This document shows, one piece after another, positions 32,101-43,169 of a DNA stretch of 64,000 nt. Where the stretch lies: contig NIVC01003075.1 of the NCBI GenBank assembly GCA_002269645.1, positions 1-64,000 of the forward strand, written 5' to 3'. Under the pieces are notes generated by a model. It ran no database searches, was not told the DNA's origin, and saw only the letters and a list, made by a program, of their open reading frames with translations. Numbering within the stretch: the first letter of the stretch is position 1; each line of letters opens with the position of its first letter. Made by a program: the position numbers and the translations under genes. The DNA is from Macrostomum lignano (lineage: Eukaryota).

Positions 32101-35100
32101 TGGCTTCCATGCAGCCCTGGAAGGCTTCTTTGGAAATACTTTGCAGTTTTCTCATTGTGGCCCTTCTGATGGTATCAACATCAGGAAATTGAGTACCCTT
32201 GAGAACCTCCTTGAGCTTGGGAAATAGGAAAACACATGGAGCTAGATTGGGTGAATATGGAAGCTAGGTCTAGCACTGTGACATTACTATTTGTGAGATC
32301 CACCCTGACTCTTAGAGCATTGTGAGCACATTAGCACATTGTTCTGATGAATAAACCACGAGTTAGTTGGCTTCCCACAAATTGCATCTCTTGTCTTTGC
32401 TGCAGGATCCCTTTGTACTTGTAAACGTGCTGATTGATAGTCTGGCCTTGGCACAGAAACTCTGTGGACAATGCCTTTAACATTTGACATTGAAGGTCTT
32501 CCACGCCTGGTGTCATCCTCAACCCTTTCCCATCCCTTCTCAAATTGCTTGTGCCACTGAAAAACTCTGGAGCAATACATAGCATTATCTCCATACACTT
32601 GTTGCAAAAGTGCAAGTGCTTTCAAGGGCAATTTTCAAATCAGACCAGATATTTTAGATTACTTCATTGCTCTGTGCTCATTGGCATGGTGATTGTTAAA
32701 CAACTTACTGAACATTAATAACAGCACAGATTAGCCCAAAAGTATGTAATATATGTGATAAGTTTGTGGTTTGGTTGTATGAAAATATTTTTGCAAATAG
32801 AATTAAAATTATTGCTGTTTCATAATTTTTTATTCATGTTACCAGGTGTTTACTCTTTATAAAATAGACCCTCATGAAATAAAATGAATATGAAATAAAT
32901 TCTTTTGCATATTGTATCCACTTTCACAGGAGTACATTCTGAAGGTAAACAGAGGTGACTCAGATTCTTGGAAAGTTTACCGACGCTACAACGATTTTGT
33001 CAGTTTAGACAATGTACTGAAAATTTCTGGCTATGAATTGCCACTGCCACCTAAGAAATGGGTTGGCAACAAGGGCAGAGAGTTTGTGGCTACTAGGCAG
33101 AAAGAGTTGCAAAACTATGTGAATGTTCTCTTGAGCATTCCTCTCCTGGAGCAGTCGTTTCCAGTGAAACAGTTCCTTGATCCTGATAACTATTGCTTTA
33201 ACTATCAAGGTGAGTTGCTTGTCTCCGAAGGGGTAATTGATATGACTGACACCTTCCCAGATTCTCATTTGCTGGGCCAGCCTCCTAAAGTATCAGTTGC
33301 TGGGCCAGCCTCCCAAAGTATCAGTTGCTAGGCCAGCCTCCCAAAGTATCAGTTGCTGGGCCAGCCTCCCAAAGTATCAGTTGCTAGGCCAGCCTCCCAG
33401 ATCCTCAGTTGCTGGGCCAGCCTCCCAGATCCTCAGTTGTTGGGCCAGCCTCCCAGATCCTCAGTTGCTGGGCCAGCCTCCCAGATCCTCAGTTGCTGGG
33501 CAACCAGCCTCCTAGATCCTCAGTTGCTGGGCCAGCCTCCCAGATCCTCAGTTGCTGGGCCAGCCTCCCAGATCCTCAGTTGCTGGGCCAGCCTCCCAGA
33601 TCTTTAGTTGCTAGGTCACCATCATCCTCCCAGATGCTCATGCTGTTATTCCTTTATCAACAATAATTTCTTTCCACTCTTGCATCCTCACAGAGCTGTC
33701 ACTGCAACACGTGTCGATGGTTCTCAGATCCGAAAGCACTTTTCAGGTGTTGCAACCCTGTTCGTTTATGGGTAAGTTATTAAAACTTGAAGCTTATAAA
33801 GTGGCATTGAATTTCAGTGAGTCATGATTTACAATTTACAGGAACAAGAATTCGTAAAACTTATTTCACTGCGGAGAGTGCTCTGCCCACGGACAGGAAT
33901 GAGTACCTGATGACTTGGGTGAGTGTTTATTCAATATATTTTCTTAGTAGTTGAATTTCATTTAAAGAGTTTTTTTTCGTTTTTATCTAGGTTGGCTACG
34001 GACCGTTTTGCAATTTGGACCAGAAAGACACGGCTGCCGTTGTGTCCTGTCTAACGTCGATTAGCGTAATTTTATCTATTTTTTCTTTACTTTCTACTTA
34101 CAGTAAAGTAGTTTGTTCATTATTATTGTTTCTTGTTCTAATGCTGAAATTCTAGCACCCATTCATTGCCAATGCCAACATTTGCGGAGCCGTTAAGCAC
34201 GGATTTTATTGCGTCAGACAATTTGAAAGGCACGGCTCAGTTCGAGACCTACTGCACAAGGTGGGCCTTAAAAAGATTGTTAACCTGTTACACTTCACGT
34301 TTACACTTTAAAGTTCTAATGTACATACTGGTTTAATTTTTATAGGCAAAGCCAAAGTTGGACTGTCTAAAGAAGTACGGCCGACAAAAAGGAGCTTCGT
34401 CTTCTAGCGGCGGTCTCAGTGTGCCGCAGATCCAGTCGTTTGGTCGGCAGATTCTTGAAGCACTCAAGTTTATGCACTCGAAGGGCTTCGCCTACGGTGA
34501 GTTATCGATTATGGGCTACGTCACGTGTTCTTAGATAGTGTACTTTTAAGGTCATGTGTCTTCTGAGTAGTTAGGGAGTCACGTGTCCTCAGAGTCAGGG
34601 AGTCACGTGTCCTCAGAGTCAGTAGGGAGTCACGTGTCTTCAGAGTCAGTAGGGAGTCACGTGTCTTCAGGGTCAGTAGGGAGTCACGTGTCCTCAGGGT
34701 CAGTAGGGAGTCACGTGTCTTCAGGGTCAGTAGGGAGTCACGAGTCCTCAGGGTCAGTAGGGAGTCACGTGTCCTCAGAGTCAGTAGGGAGTCACGTGTC
34801 CTCAGAGTCAGTAGGGAGTCACGTGTCTTCAGGGTCAGTAGGGAGTCACGTGTCCTCAGAGTCAGTAGGGAGTCACGTGTCTTCAGGGTAAGTAGGGAGT
34901 CACGTGTCTTCAGGGTCAGTAGGGAGTCACGTGTCTTCAGGGTAAGTAGGGAGTCACGTGTCTTCAGGGTCAGTAGGGAGTCACGAGTCCTCAGGGTCAG
35001 TAGGGAGTCACGTGTCCTCAGAGTCAGTAGGGAGTCACGTGTCCTCAGAGTCAGTAGGGAGTCACGTGTCTTCAGGGTCAGTAGGGAGTCACGTGTCTTC

Positions 35101-38100
35101 AGGGTCAGTAGGGAGTCACGAGTCCTCAGGGTCAGTAGGGAGTCACGTGTCTTCAGGGTCAGTAGGGAGTCACGTGTCCTCAGGGTCAGGGAGTCACATG
35201 TCCTCAGAGTTAGTAGGGAGTCACGTGTCCTCAGGGTCAGTAGGGAGTCACGTGTCCTCAGAGTCAGTAGGGAGTCACGTGTCTTCAGGGTCAGTAGGGA
35301 GTCACGTGTCTTCAGGGTCAGTAGGGAGTCACGTGTCCTCAGAGTCAGTAGGGAGTCACGTGTCCTCAGAGTCAGTAGGGAGTCACGTGTCCTCAGAGCC
35401 AGTAGGGAGTCACGTGTCCAATGCTTAAACAAGTCATGTAAAATCCAATGCTCAAACTGCTTTACCCAGGACATCTCCACCTTGGAAACGTGCTTGTATC
35501 TGAGAACGGCTGCAAGCTGACAGACCTTGAGAACGGTCTGCTAGGCCTGAGCTGCTCGCTTCGTCAACGAGTTCTGTCGTTGAAACGTCTGAAATCTTTT
35601 GAAGAAATTGACGTTTATTCGTTCGGCCACTGCCTGTACGAAATGGCCACTGGTCAGGTGTTAACTTCGTCCTATGTGGACACGCACTCGCTGACCTGCT
35701 CCACTGATCTGAGTGAGTTGTTGAGTTTTAAGGTTGTTGTTTTTATCATTTTAATTTGTTTTCTTTTCAATTCTTTATCCAATTCCAGAGAATATTATTC
35801 AATCGATTTTAACCGAAGATGCCATTAGATCTGGGATGCCTACAGTTCCAGAACTGTTGGAAAATCCGTAAGTTAAAGATAGTGAAGGTCACTGCCTAAT
35901 CCCGGGGTTGGCAGACTTTTTTACCTCAAGACTCAGATTAAGAATCCTGCTCTTGGCTGCGGGCCAGACGAGAGTGGAAAGATGAGAGAAGATAAGAGAG
36001 AAAAGAGTAAGAGAGGAGAGGCGAGAGATGAAATGGGAGAAGAGACATGAGAGAAAGGAGGGAAAGGGAAGAAAGGAGATGGGAGAGAGGAAGGGGGTAG
36101 AAGAGGGGAGAGGGAAGAGAGAAGAGAGAGGGAAGAGTGGAGAGAGAAGAGGGGAGAGAGGTGAGTCGAGAGATGAGAGGGGAGAGGGGAGAAGAGACAC
36201 AAACATTGAGACCCGAAGGCCAGATAGAGAGGCTTCGCGGGCCGGAGTTAGCCGATCCTGGCCTAATCCGTTGGCTGGGTGGGGTATTTTTATAAAATTA
36301 TTCCGATTCAGAAGCAATCGATTTGGCCCGGCGCATAACGAGGGAAAATGGAACTCCATTTTTATGGCATGATTTCAATAAGCTCAAAAATTCAACAATA
36401 GTTTTGAAAATTGAGAGTCTATGGCAGTGGTTGCTGCTGGCATCCTTCATTGTGCAGATGTCTATGGCCGAAGTATCAACTTGCTTGCCTTGCAGGCAAT
36501 AGTAAGGCAGGGAAGCCTCTATGGTCGCTGCGCTCCCCAGGAAGGGACACTCACCTGCCCCACGCCACTCCGCTATACAAGTTTAGGGGAATGGCATAGA
36601 ATATGAAATGATGCTGCTGCTTATCGATTTCTCGCTAGAGCAGTTTGTACGCGAACTTTTGTAACACCTCTCGTATTTCATAGCTTGCTAACTGGAAAAA
36701 GAATATATACACAGCCGGAGCTTCTCGAAAATGGATCTCTGCAATTCCCCGAAAGTGGACAGCAGCAGAGTTGGAGAAGTTGCGCTGCGATCCAAAGCAC
36801 AACTACCGGATCTGCTCGCTGCATTTTTCGGAAAGGTTCTTTGTAACAAACTCTTAGGACTCCAACTCCAGCCGTAAGCGCTCCGCATTTGCATATGCAG
36901 ATGGACAAGCAAAGAAGCTGAAAAATCGACGCTTGGTTCACTTCTGATGCCGTACCCAGCATCTTTCCAAACGCGCCATCCTACTTCATCGAAACTGTTC
37001 CTGAGAAGCGACCTACCACAATGACATCTGCGCTCAGACTCGGCGAGAGAGTGCCATGCTAGGATGAGGCAGATAGATAGTCAAAACTATCTGAGAAATT
37101 GAGCTAGTAGCTCTGATGTATACTCGTAGTAGACTTTGCTTTTGTTTTATGGAGTCATAAAAAGTGCTATTTTTATACAGCTTGCACCAGCAATTGTCTG
37201 CTCTGTTTGTAAGTTAATTTCACTCTCTTTTGCTTAATTATCACCTAAGGGTAACCATTTCATTTTTATTTCATATGTTTGAATGGCCTGAAGGGTTGTA
37301 AAGTATTTTTTGCGCACTAACAAAACAAGAGTTTTTTGAATAATACAACTTAACCTTGGAGACCTAAAGTTCTCCAAATGTTTTGCGTTGAATAGTGCAA
37401 ACCGCATCTTTCTATGACTTTTAGTTAAAAAGTTATCAATCAAAAAAATGAAAAAACGTTGCATTTTCCTATTCATTTACTGCTTTCCAATTGGGTTTTT
37501 ACCCCTAAACTTGTATGCTGCCTAAACTAGTGTCCCTTCTTAGGGAGCGCAGCGACCATGGAGGCTTCTTTGAGTAAGGAAATGAAGTTCTGTGGCCAGA
37601 ATGCTTAGTTGGAAACTTGGTCTTTTAACCAAAGATGAATTGGGGATTATTTTTTTATACGGAACGCAATGACTCATAAATTTAGTGCTCAAAAATCCCA
37701 ACTCAAGCTTCTTCGCATCCACGCCGGTTCACTATCTGGCCAAGCCGCAGTGGAAGATTGCTGGCAGAGCTAAAGAGGTGCTCACCGCCTACAAGGCTGC
37801 TCAAGAGTTCCGACTGCGAGAGGACCAGCGCCAAGTGAGCCTGGTGAAACGGCGTTCGAGAGCGGCCAACCTTACTGAGGATGAAAGGCGGGCAAGAAGG
37901 ACAGCGAAATTTTCTGTGAGTTCTGTTTTAAAAGCTTTGGTTTGACCAGCTCCTGCAGCTTCCAATAGAAGTTTTCTTTCTATGAATTAAAACGGTTCTC
38001 TTTATTCTTCCGTCTTGTTGCAGTCCGCAGACGGTGATGCTACTAAAGTCAACCGTAAGTGAAAAGCCGAGTACTTCAATATCGATCGGTTTGACCTAGA

Positions 38101-38717
38101 CACCCATCCCAACTCCAATATCAATCGATTAGACTAAGACACCCATTCCAGTCCAATATATCGATCGATTGGATCAAGACACCCATTCTACACCAATATC
38201 AATCGATTAGACCAAGACACCCATCTCAACTCAAATATCGATCGATTAAACTTAGACACCCATTCCACCCCAATATCGATCGATTTGACCAGGACACCCA
38301 TCTCAACTCAAATATCGATCGATCAAACTTAGACACCCATCCCACTCCAATATCGATCGATTGGACAAAGACACCCATTCCACTCCAATATCGATCGATT
38401 TTACAAAGGCATCAATTTCACCCCAATATCGATCGATTGGACCAGGACACCCATTCCACTCCAATATCGATCGATTTGACCAGGACAAATCGTACATTTT
38501 TATTAATACAGCGAGCGCGCAACAGCAGCAGCCGCCTCCTCCTCCTCCGCCTCCTGGTGTCCCACCGCCGCCACCACCGCTGATGCCACCAAGCGGTGAC
38601 CCTGGAGCGGCTGGCGGTGGCCAGGGCCGCGGCGCGCTGCTATCGGATATCGCCGGATTCCGCAAGGACGGCTTAAAGAAGGCCGTCACTAACGATCGCA
38701 GTCAGCCCTCTGTTTAG
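29068..38717 (+). CDS. PXK: PX domain-containing protein kinase-like protein (PX + pseudokinase + Pro-rich + WH2), complete, 542 aa
   Basis: join(29068-29163, 32930-33209, 33694-33771, 33842-33918, 33991-34065, 34156-34260, 34346-34496, 35470-35712, 35789-35867, 37708-37915, 38024-38054, 38512-38717) = 1629 nt, phase-consistent GT-AG. PX motif YRRYNDF..L...LPPKK; pseudokinase GHLHLGNV and LTDLENGLLG (no HRD/DFG); C-terminal WH2 GRGALLSDIAGFRKDGLKK. Confidence 0.95.
29603..31132 (-). mobile_element. Decayed Tc1/mariner (maT/DD37D-like) element in PXK intron 1
   Basis: TA TSDs; TIRs TAGGGTCATTCAGATAAATCTGGAACAA / CAGGGTTGTTTAAATAAATCTAGAACAA; broken transposase pieces (HTH: LFHMGHTPFQISKLLGYPKS; KKPVSVMV..HVMPLHFF; WMPNSLDLNP). 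Confidence 0.85.
30329..30625. mobile_element. MITE with 8-bp TSD (hAT- or P-type) nested in the Tc1/mariner
   Basis: Perfect 14-bp TIR CATACATGCGCAAC; TSD CACCTTCT at 30321-30328 and 30626-30633. Confidence 0.85.
31972..32875 (-). mobile_element. Internally deleted, decayed mariner (DD34D-type)
   Basis: VYGDNAM..SRVFQWHKQF...EDDTRRGRPS joined directly to KGIVH.EFL.QGQTIN; later PYSPNLAPC..LFPKLK; ends approximate. Confidence 0.85.
32930..33209 (+). CDS. PXK: PXK exon 2 (PX domain)
   Basis: EYILKVNRG...WKVYRRYNDF...FLDPDNYCFNYQ. Confidence 0.95.
33265..33615. repeat. 28-bp minisatellite (GGGCCAGCCTCCCAGATCCTCAGTTGCT)n, PXK intron 2
   Basis: Direct reading. Confidence 0.94.
33694..33771 (+). 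CDS. PXK: PXK exon 3
   Basis: ELSLQHVSMVLRSESTFQVLQPCSFMG. Confidence 0.92.
33842..33918 (+). CDS. PXK: PXK exon 4
   Basis: GTRIRKTYFTAESALPTDRNEYLMTW. Confidence 0.92.
33991..34065 (+). CDS. PXK: PXK exon 5
   Basis: VGYGPFCNLDQKDTAAVVSCLTSIS. Confidence 0.9.
34156..34260 (+). CDS. PXK: PXK exon 6
   Basis: HPFIANANICGAVKHGFYCVRQFERHGSVRDLLHK. Confidence 0.92.
34346..34496 (+). CDS. PXK: PXK exon 7
   Basis: AKPKLDCLKKYG...QIQSFGRQILEALKFMHSKGFAY. Confidence 0.94.
34570..35418. repeat. 27-bp minisatellite (AGTAGGGAGTCACGTGTCCTCAGAGTC)n, PXK intron 7
   Basis: Direct reading. Confidence 0.96.
35470..35712 (+). CDS. PXK: PXK exon 8
   Basis: GHLHLGNV...LTDLENGLLGL...IDVYSFGHCLYEMATG...CSTDL. 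Confidence 0.94.
35789..35867 (+). CDS. PXK: PXK exon 9
   Basis: KNIIQSILTEDAIRSGMPTVPELLENP. Confidence 0.9.
35902..36260. mobile_element. hAT (Charlie-like) MITE with GA-rich interior, PXK intron 9
   Basis: 8-bp TSD GCCTAATC (35894-35901, 36261-36268); termini CCGGGGTTGGCAGACT / AGTTAGCCGATCCTG; subterminal GCGGGCC motifs. Confidence 0.8.
36508..37572 (-). mobile_element. P-superfamily-like non-autonomous element, PXK intron 9
   Basis: ~43-bp TIR CA(GG/AA)GAAGCCTCYATGGTCGCTGCGCTCCCYARGAAGGGACAC; 7-bp TSD AGTAAGG (36501-36507, 37573-37579); possible decayed THAP remnants at about 36740-36900. Confidence 0.65.
37708..37915 (+). CDS. PXK: PXK exon 10
   Basis: FFASTPVHYLAKPQWKIAGRAKEVL...RLREDQRQV...EDERRARRTAKFS; acceptor has a weak pyrimidine tract. 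Confidence 0.88.
38024..38054 (+). CDS. PXK: PXK exon 11 (micro-exon)
   Basis: TTGCAG/SADGDATKVN/GTAAGT; required to restore phase into the last exon. Confidence 0.75.
38075..38490. repeat. ~39-bp diverged minisatellite with AATATCGATCG core, PXK intron 11
   Basis: Direct reading. Confidence 0.9.
38512..38717 (+). CDS. PXK: PXK last exon (Pro-rich + WH2)
   Basis: poly-Pro then GRGALLSDIAGFRKDGLKKAVTNDRSQPSV-stop. Confidence 0.93.
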
Positions 38718-39449
38718 CCGGCAAGCTACTGCTAGTAGTGCGTTCGTAGGACTTTTTCTGTTAGAGTACAAAAAACAAGTGGCTAAGGTCTCACTGAAAC
38801 AGTGCTACGATCAAATAATTGTTAAAAATTGATTGATTGATTTATTATCTTAGTAAATCGCTTTGATTTTGTTATTTGTACACCAAACTGTAGCTCACAC
38901 TTTTTAGTTAACCTTCGATTGCTTGTGATTTGTTACCTATACCGGTACCTGATAGTGATAAGAAGCCCACTCGTTTATACGAAATGAAAATTAAGTAATT
39001 GGAATTAGTGTTAAATTTCTCTTTCTAAAATCACTTTCATGTACAGCGTGTTGTAGCTATCGATGTAAGGTAATCTCGTCATTGTTTCAATCAATTATTC
39101 CCCATATATATATGTGTATATTCAGTGCCAATATTCAATGGATACTTTCATTTTCAACGCATGCCTGATCTGGTACACACTGGTACAAACTATAATATAG
39201 GTATTTGAGGCAGTTGATTTGTCTCATCGAAAGAAAAAAAATATTTCGCAAGGCGACTCAACTTCCAACCTTGAATCTGTAGAAGCTTCATATTTTGATT
39301 AAATAATATCAAATATAAAAACGCTTTGAAAGTCTATACGTACTTGATATGGCGTATCAAAACTGCTTGTATTCAAGAGCTAGCTGTCTAACTTTTTTTA
39401 CTTCTACATGTACGAGTACTCCTGTATCTGACGGGTCCGAAATACACAG

Positions 39450-39915
39450 TGGCCAGCCAAACCCAGCGGGGAGTGGGGTGGGTGCGCGATGGGTCTGAAC
39501 TGCAAAGCGTGGCCAGCCAAACCCAGCGGGAAGTGGGGTGGGTGCGCGCGATGGGTCTGAACTGCAAAGCGTAGCCAGCCAAACCCAGCGAGGAGTGGGG
39601 TGGGTGCGCGATGGGTCTGAACTGCAAAGCGTGGCCAGCCAAACCCAGCGAGGAGTGGGGTGGGTGCGCGCGATGGGTCTGAACTGCAAAGCGTAGCCAG
39701 CCAAACCCAGCGAGGAGTGGGGTGGGTGCGCGATGGGTCTGAACTGCAAAGCGTAGCCAGCCAAACCCAGCGGGGAGTGGGGTGGGTGCGCGATGGGTCT
39801 GAACTGCAAAGCGTAGCCAGCCAAACCCAGCGGGAAGTGGGGTGGGTGCGCGATGGGTCTGAACTGCAAAGCGTAGCCAGCCAAACCCAGCGGGAAGTGG
39901 GGTGGGTGCACGATG
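39450..39915. repeat. 60-bp G-rich minisatellite between the PXK and paralog 3' ends
   Basis: About 8 copies of GGCCAGCCAAACCCAGCGGGGAGTGGGGTGGGTGCGCGATGGGTCTGAACTGCAAAGCGT. Confidence 0.95.
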
Positions 39916-40534
39916 GGTATAAAGTGAATAATAAGGACAGGAATATTTTTATGAAATCAACATTCACTGCAATAATTAATATGGCACATGGCTCCAAATA
40001 TATATATATTAATTAACTATGCATTTAAATAGGTTACTGCTTAATTTAAGCGCATATAACAATAAGACACATGTAGGAAATTATTAACTTGATATACTGC
40101 ATATTAGTGTGGAAATATTTTAAAAGGAATGCATAAAAGCATCGGTAGGTAACAAAGGAACTCTAGATAACAGATAAAATTTAATTACAGGATAGATTTA
40201 GCCAATGGCTAAATTTGCATTTGCACAGAAGTAGATTGCAATTTTATGATTGGTAAAGCACGTGATTATTAACTATAGATGAACAAATATTCAATACATC
40301 GACATTCACAGTGGCATTGTCATGAAAGAAGAAGGCTTTATTCTATATTAGCCAACTGATTACCTTTAAAACGTGAAAGAAGAGAGTAAGATTCTTAGCT
40401 TACGAGTAAAAAAGAAAACACAACAAAGAAGTGTAAAACACGATTCAAAACACAGACACCCCAGATCACCTATATTTATAAATACAAAACATGACTTGCA
40501 GATAAATACATATAACTATATATCGGTCGATTAT

Positions 40535-40792
40535 AACAAGACACCCACTCACTCTAATATCGATCCGATTCGATCGGTTTGACCAAGACACCCACCCCTA
40601 CTTCAATATCGATCGGTTTAGCCAAGACACCCACCCCACTTCAATATCGATCGGTTTAGCCAAGACACCCACCCCACTTCAATATCGATCGGTTTAGCCA
40701 AGACACCCACCCCACTTCAATATCGATCGGTTTAGCCAAGACACCCACCCCACTTCAATATCGATCGGTTTAGCCAAGACACCCACCCCAAC
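40535..40792. repeat. 38-bp minisatellite (AAGACACCCACCCCACTTCAATATCGATCGGTTTAGCC)n
   Basis: Same family as 38075-38490. Confidence 0.93.
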
Positions 40793-40982
40793 TGGGTTTT
40801 GATAAAAATATATTGATTTTATTCCAGACACCCAACCTTAACAATATTATTGATTGGGGCAAGGACAGCCACCTTCACCCCAAACTCAACCGTTAGAAAA
40901 TCTTCGCTAAAGAGGTAGATTAAGAATCTTATCAATAAATATGGTTTGATGAAGGTTCATGCACAACATTAACTAATCAGTT

Positions 40983-43169
40983 TCAGCGGAACACGCCGGT
41001 AACTAAGGGCAGCAGGCCTTCCCTGCCAGGCACAAGCAGCATCTGTCGCAAATTCTCATCCTCCTGAATTCCTTGGCCCAGCCGGCTGCAACAAACGGCT
41101 ACAGAGTCGCAGAGCAGACTGGCTCGTTTAACGTCGATCGCCGCCTCGGCCGTGTTCCGGACGCTGCCAGTACGATAGGCGAGTCTCCAACGCTTCCGAT
41201 AGTTGGTGCACAGAGCGGCTAAGTCGTGCAAAACGGCCAGCGAATGCCGATACTGTCCAAGTCGAAGCCGCTTCGTCACCATGGAAACGCTTAGTGGAAA
41301 ATTCGATTTCCAACTCTTCTGACAACGGCGAGGTCGACGATCGGCTAAGAAAGCGAGGCCGAACAGGCGACGCCAGCAGGGTCGGCGACATTCTTGAAGA
41401 CAGGAGAGCATGCGGTCCAGCAGTAGCGACTCTGAGCGCCGAGATGAGGCAGATTCGGTTGTCGACAAAACGGCAGTCTTTGTCGCGTTGTCTTGGTCCA
41501 ACTGTTTTGAAGTTGGTTGAAATTTATGCGAGATAATTAAGGCAACTGAACTTTAAATATAGGTCATGGTATTCAGAGTTAAAACAGGCAACTTCTCAGA
41601 GATTTATGGAATAGAGACAGACTCAAAGACGGGATAAACAGACTCAAAGACCGGATAAACAGACTCAAAGAGAGGATAAACAGACTCAAAGAGCGGATAA
41701 ACAGACTCAAAGAGCGGATAAACAGACTCAAAGAGAGGATAAACAGACTCAAAGAGCGGATAAACAGACTCAAAGAGAGGATAAACAGACTCAAAGAGCG
41801 GATAAACAGACTCAAAGAGCGGATAAACAGACTCAAAGAGCGGATAAACAGACTCAAAGAGAGGATAAACAGACTCAAAGAGCGGATAAACAGACTCAAA
41901 GAGAGGATAAACAGACTCAAAGAGCGGATAAACAGACTCAAAGAGAGAATAAACAGACTCAAAGAGAGGATAAACAGACTCAAAGAGAGGATAAACAGAC
42001 TCAAAGAGCGGATAAACAGACTCAAAGAGCGTATAAACAGACTCGAAGAGAGGATAAACAGACTCAAAGAGCGTATAAACAGACTCGAAGAGAGGATAAA
42101 CAGACTCAAAGAGCGTATAAACAGACTCGAAGAGTGGATAGTCAGACTTAGAGAGCGGATAAACCGACTCAAGCCTCAAGGAGCGGATAAACAGACCGAA
42201 GCCTCAAGGAGTGGATAAACAGACTACAAGAGCGGATAAACAGACTCAAACACAAATTTCACTAACCGGCAGCATCTCCCACGGGCTGACACGATCCTCG
42301 CCGACTTCATCATCCCACTGAACTCTGACGCAACGCCAGCCGCTGACTAGATTTCGTTTGTCAAAGCCCAGCACTGTGCCAAGTCGGTCAGACTCCGCTT
42401 TACTATTGTTGCCATGACAACAGCGGTAACGACACTTGTCACCAACGTGCCACTGCATTTGCATAGCAGTATTATAGACAGAATGTGGCACAAGAAACTG
42501 TGGCATAGCAAGGCTGCTAGACTCTGTAGAATTACTACCAATCAAAGGCCAGGTGACATCAATAAATTCGGGCACTGTTGATTTAGATTGAGCACAATTT
42601 TCACCGATAATTCTCAGGCGCAGCCGCATCAACCAGTCGGCTGGCTGGTCGGGTTTCCGACATTGGACGTAGCGAATGCCGCGCACTCGGACCACAGCTC
42701 GCTCGGGTCTAACAGCGTCGGGTGCTTCTTCAACAAGTTTACTACTATAAGTAGGAGCAACGAGTTTATGCTTCTGTCGATAATTATTAAACCAGCCGGT
42801 GTGGGCGTCAGCTAAGTAAACAGCCAGATCGCCAACCTGAGGCGTGTAAGGCAATATGGAGGCTGATATAATCCATTGCCTAGGCTGGTCGATTTGGCTT
42901 GAACAGCGATTGGCTGCAGGTAAGATTTTCAATCGAGTCAATTTAACAACTGGTTTTAAATGGAGGAGTTTAGTTAAAGTGCCGGACTGATTGCATTTTT
43001 CAATGCCGTCTGATTTAGCTGGCAATTCGATTCTAGATATGGATTGGCTCTCTAGATCCAGGACAATGCGTTCAAGATTAACAAAGCTGGACAGAGCAGA
43101 CTCAGCAGGTACTGAAGACGGTGAGCAATGTGTCGCGGTTTTGTTCGATTCCAGACGAAGAGCGGCCAT
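40983..43169 (-). CDS. Diverged BRWD/PHIP-derived paralog: Tudor-like region + degenerate bromodomain, no WD40, about 473 aa
   Basis: join(43169-42267, 41501-40983), CCG|GTTAGT...AAACAG|TTG in phase 0. Aligns by eye to the neighbouring BRWD: QWIISASILPYTPQVGDLAVYL vs EWLTSTLPRHSPYVPQIGDEIVYF; QFLV..SVY..AM..QWHVGDK vs DFMV..TYD.AL..NWQVGDR; VQWDD..EDRVSPWE vs AKWDN..EENLSLWD; FPLSVSMVTKRLRLGQYR vs YPIDLSTIRSRLRNMYYR. Confidence 0.82.
41612..42245. repeat. 21-bp minisatellite (GATAAACAGACTCAAAGAGCG)n, paralog intron
   Basis: Direct reading. Confidence 0.96.

Noticed and set aside
34521-35480. 319-aa minus ORF (TRDSLLTLR)n and the plus-strand SSGSVGSHV ORFs
   Set aside because: 27-bp intronic repeat that happens to be stop-free.
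41128-41536. Alternative-frame and antisense ORFs over GC-rich exons (also 46140, 46917, 47223, 47529, 48667, 56451-56808)
   Set aside because: Shadows of real GC-rich coding exons with no independent evidence.
41579-42179. ESVYPLF / SLSLFIR repeat ORFs
   Set aside because: 21-bp array inside the paralog intron.
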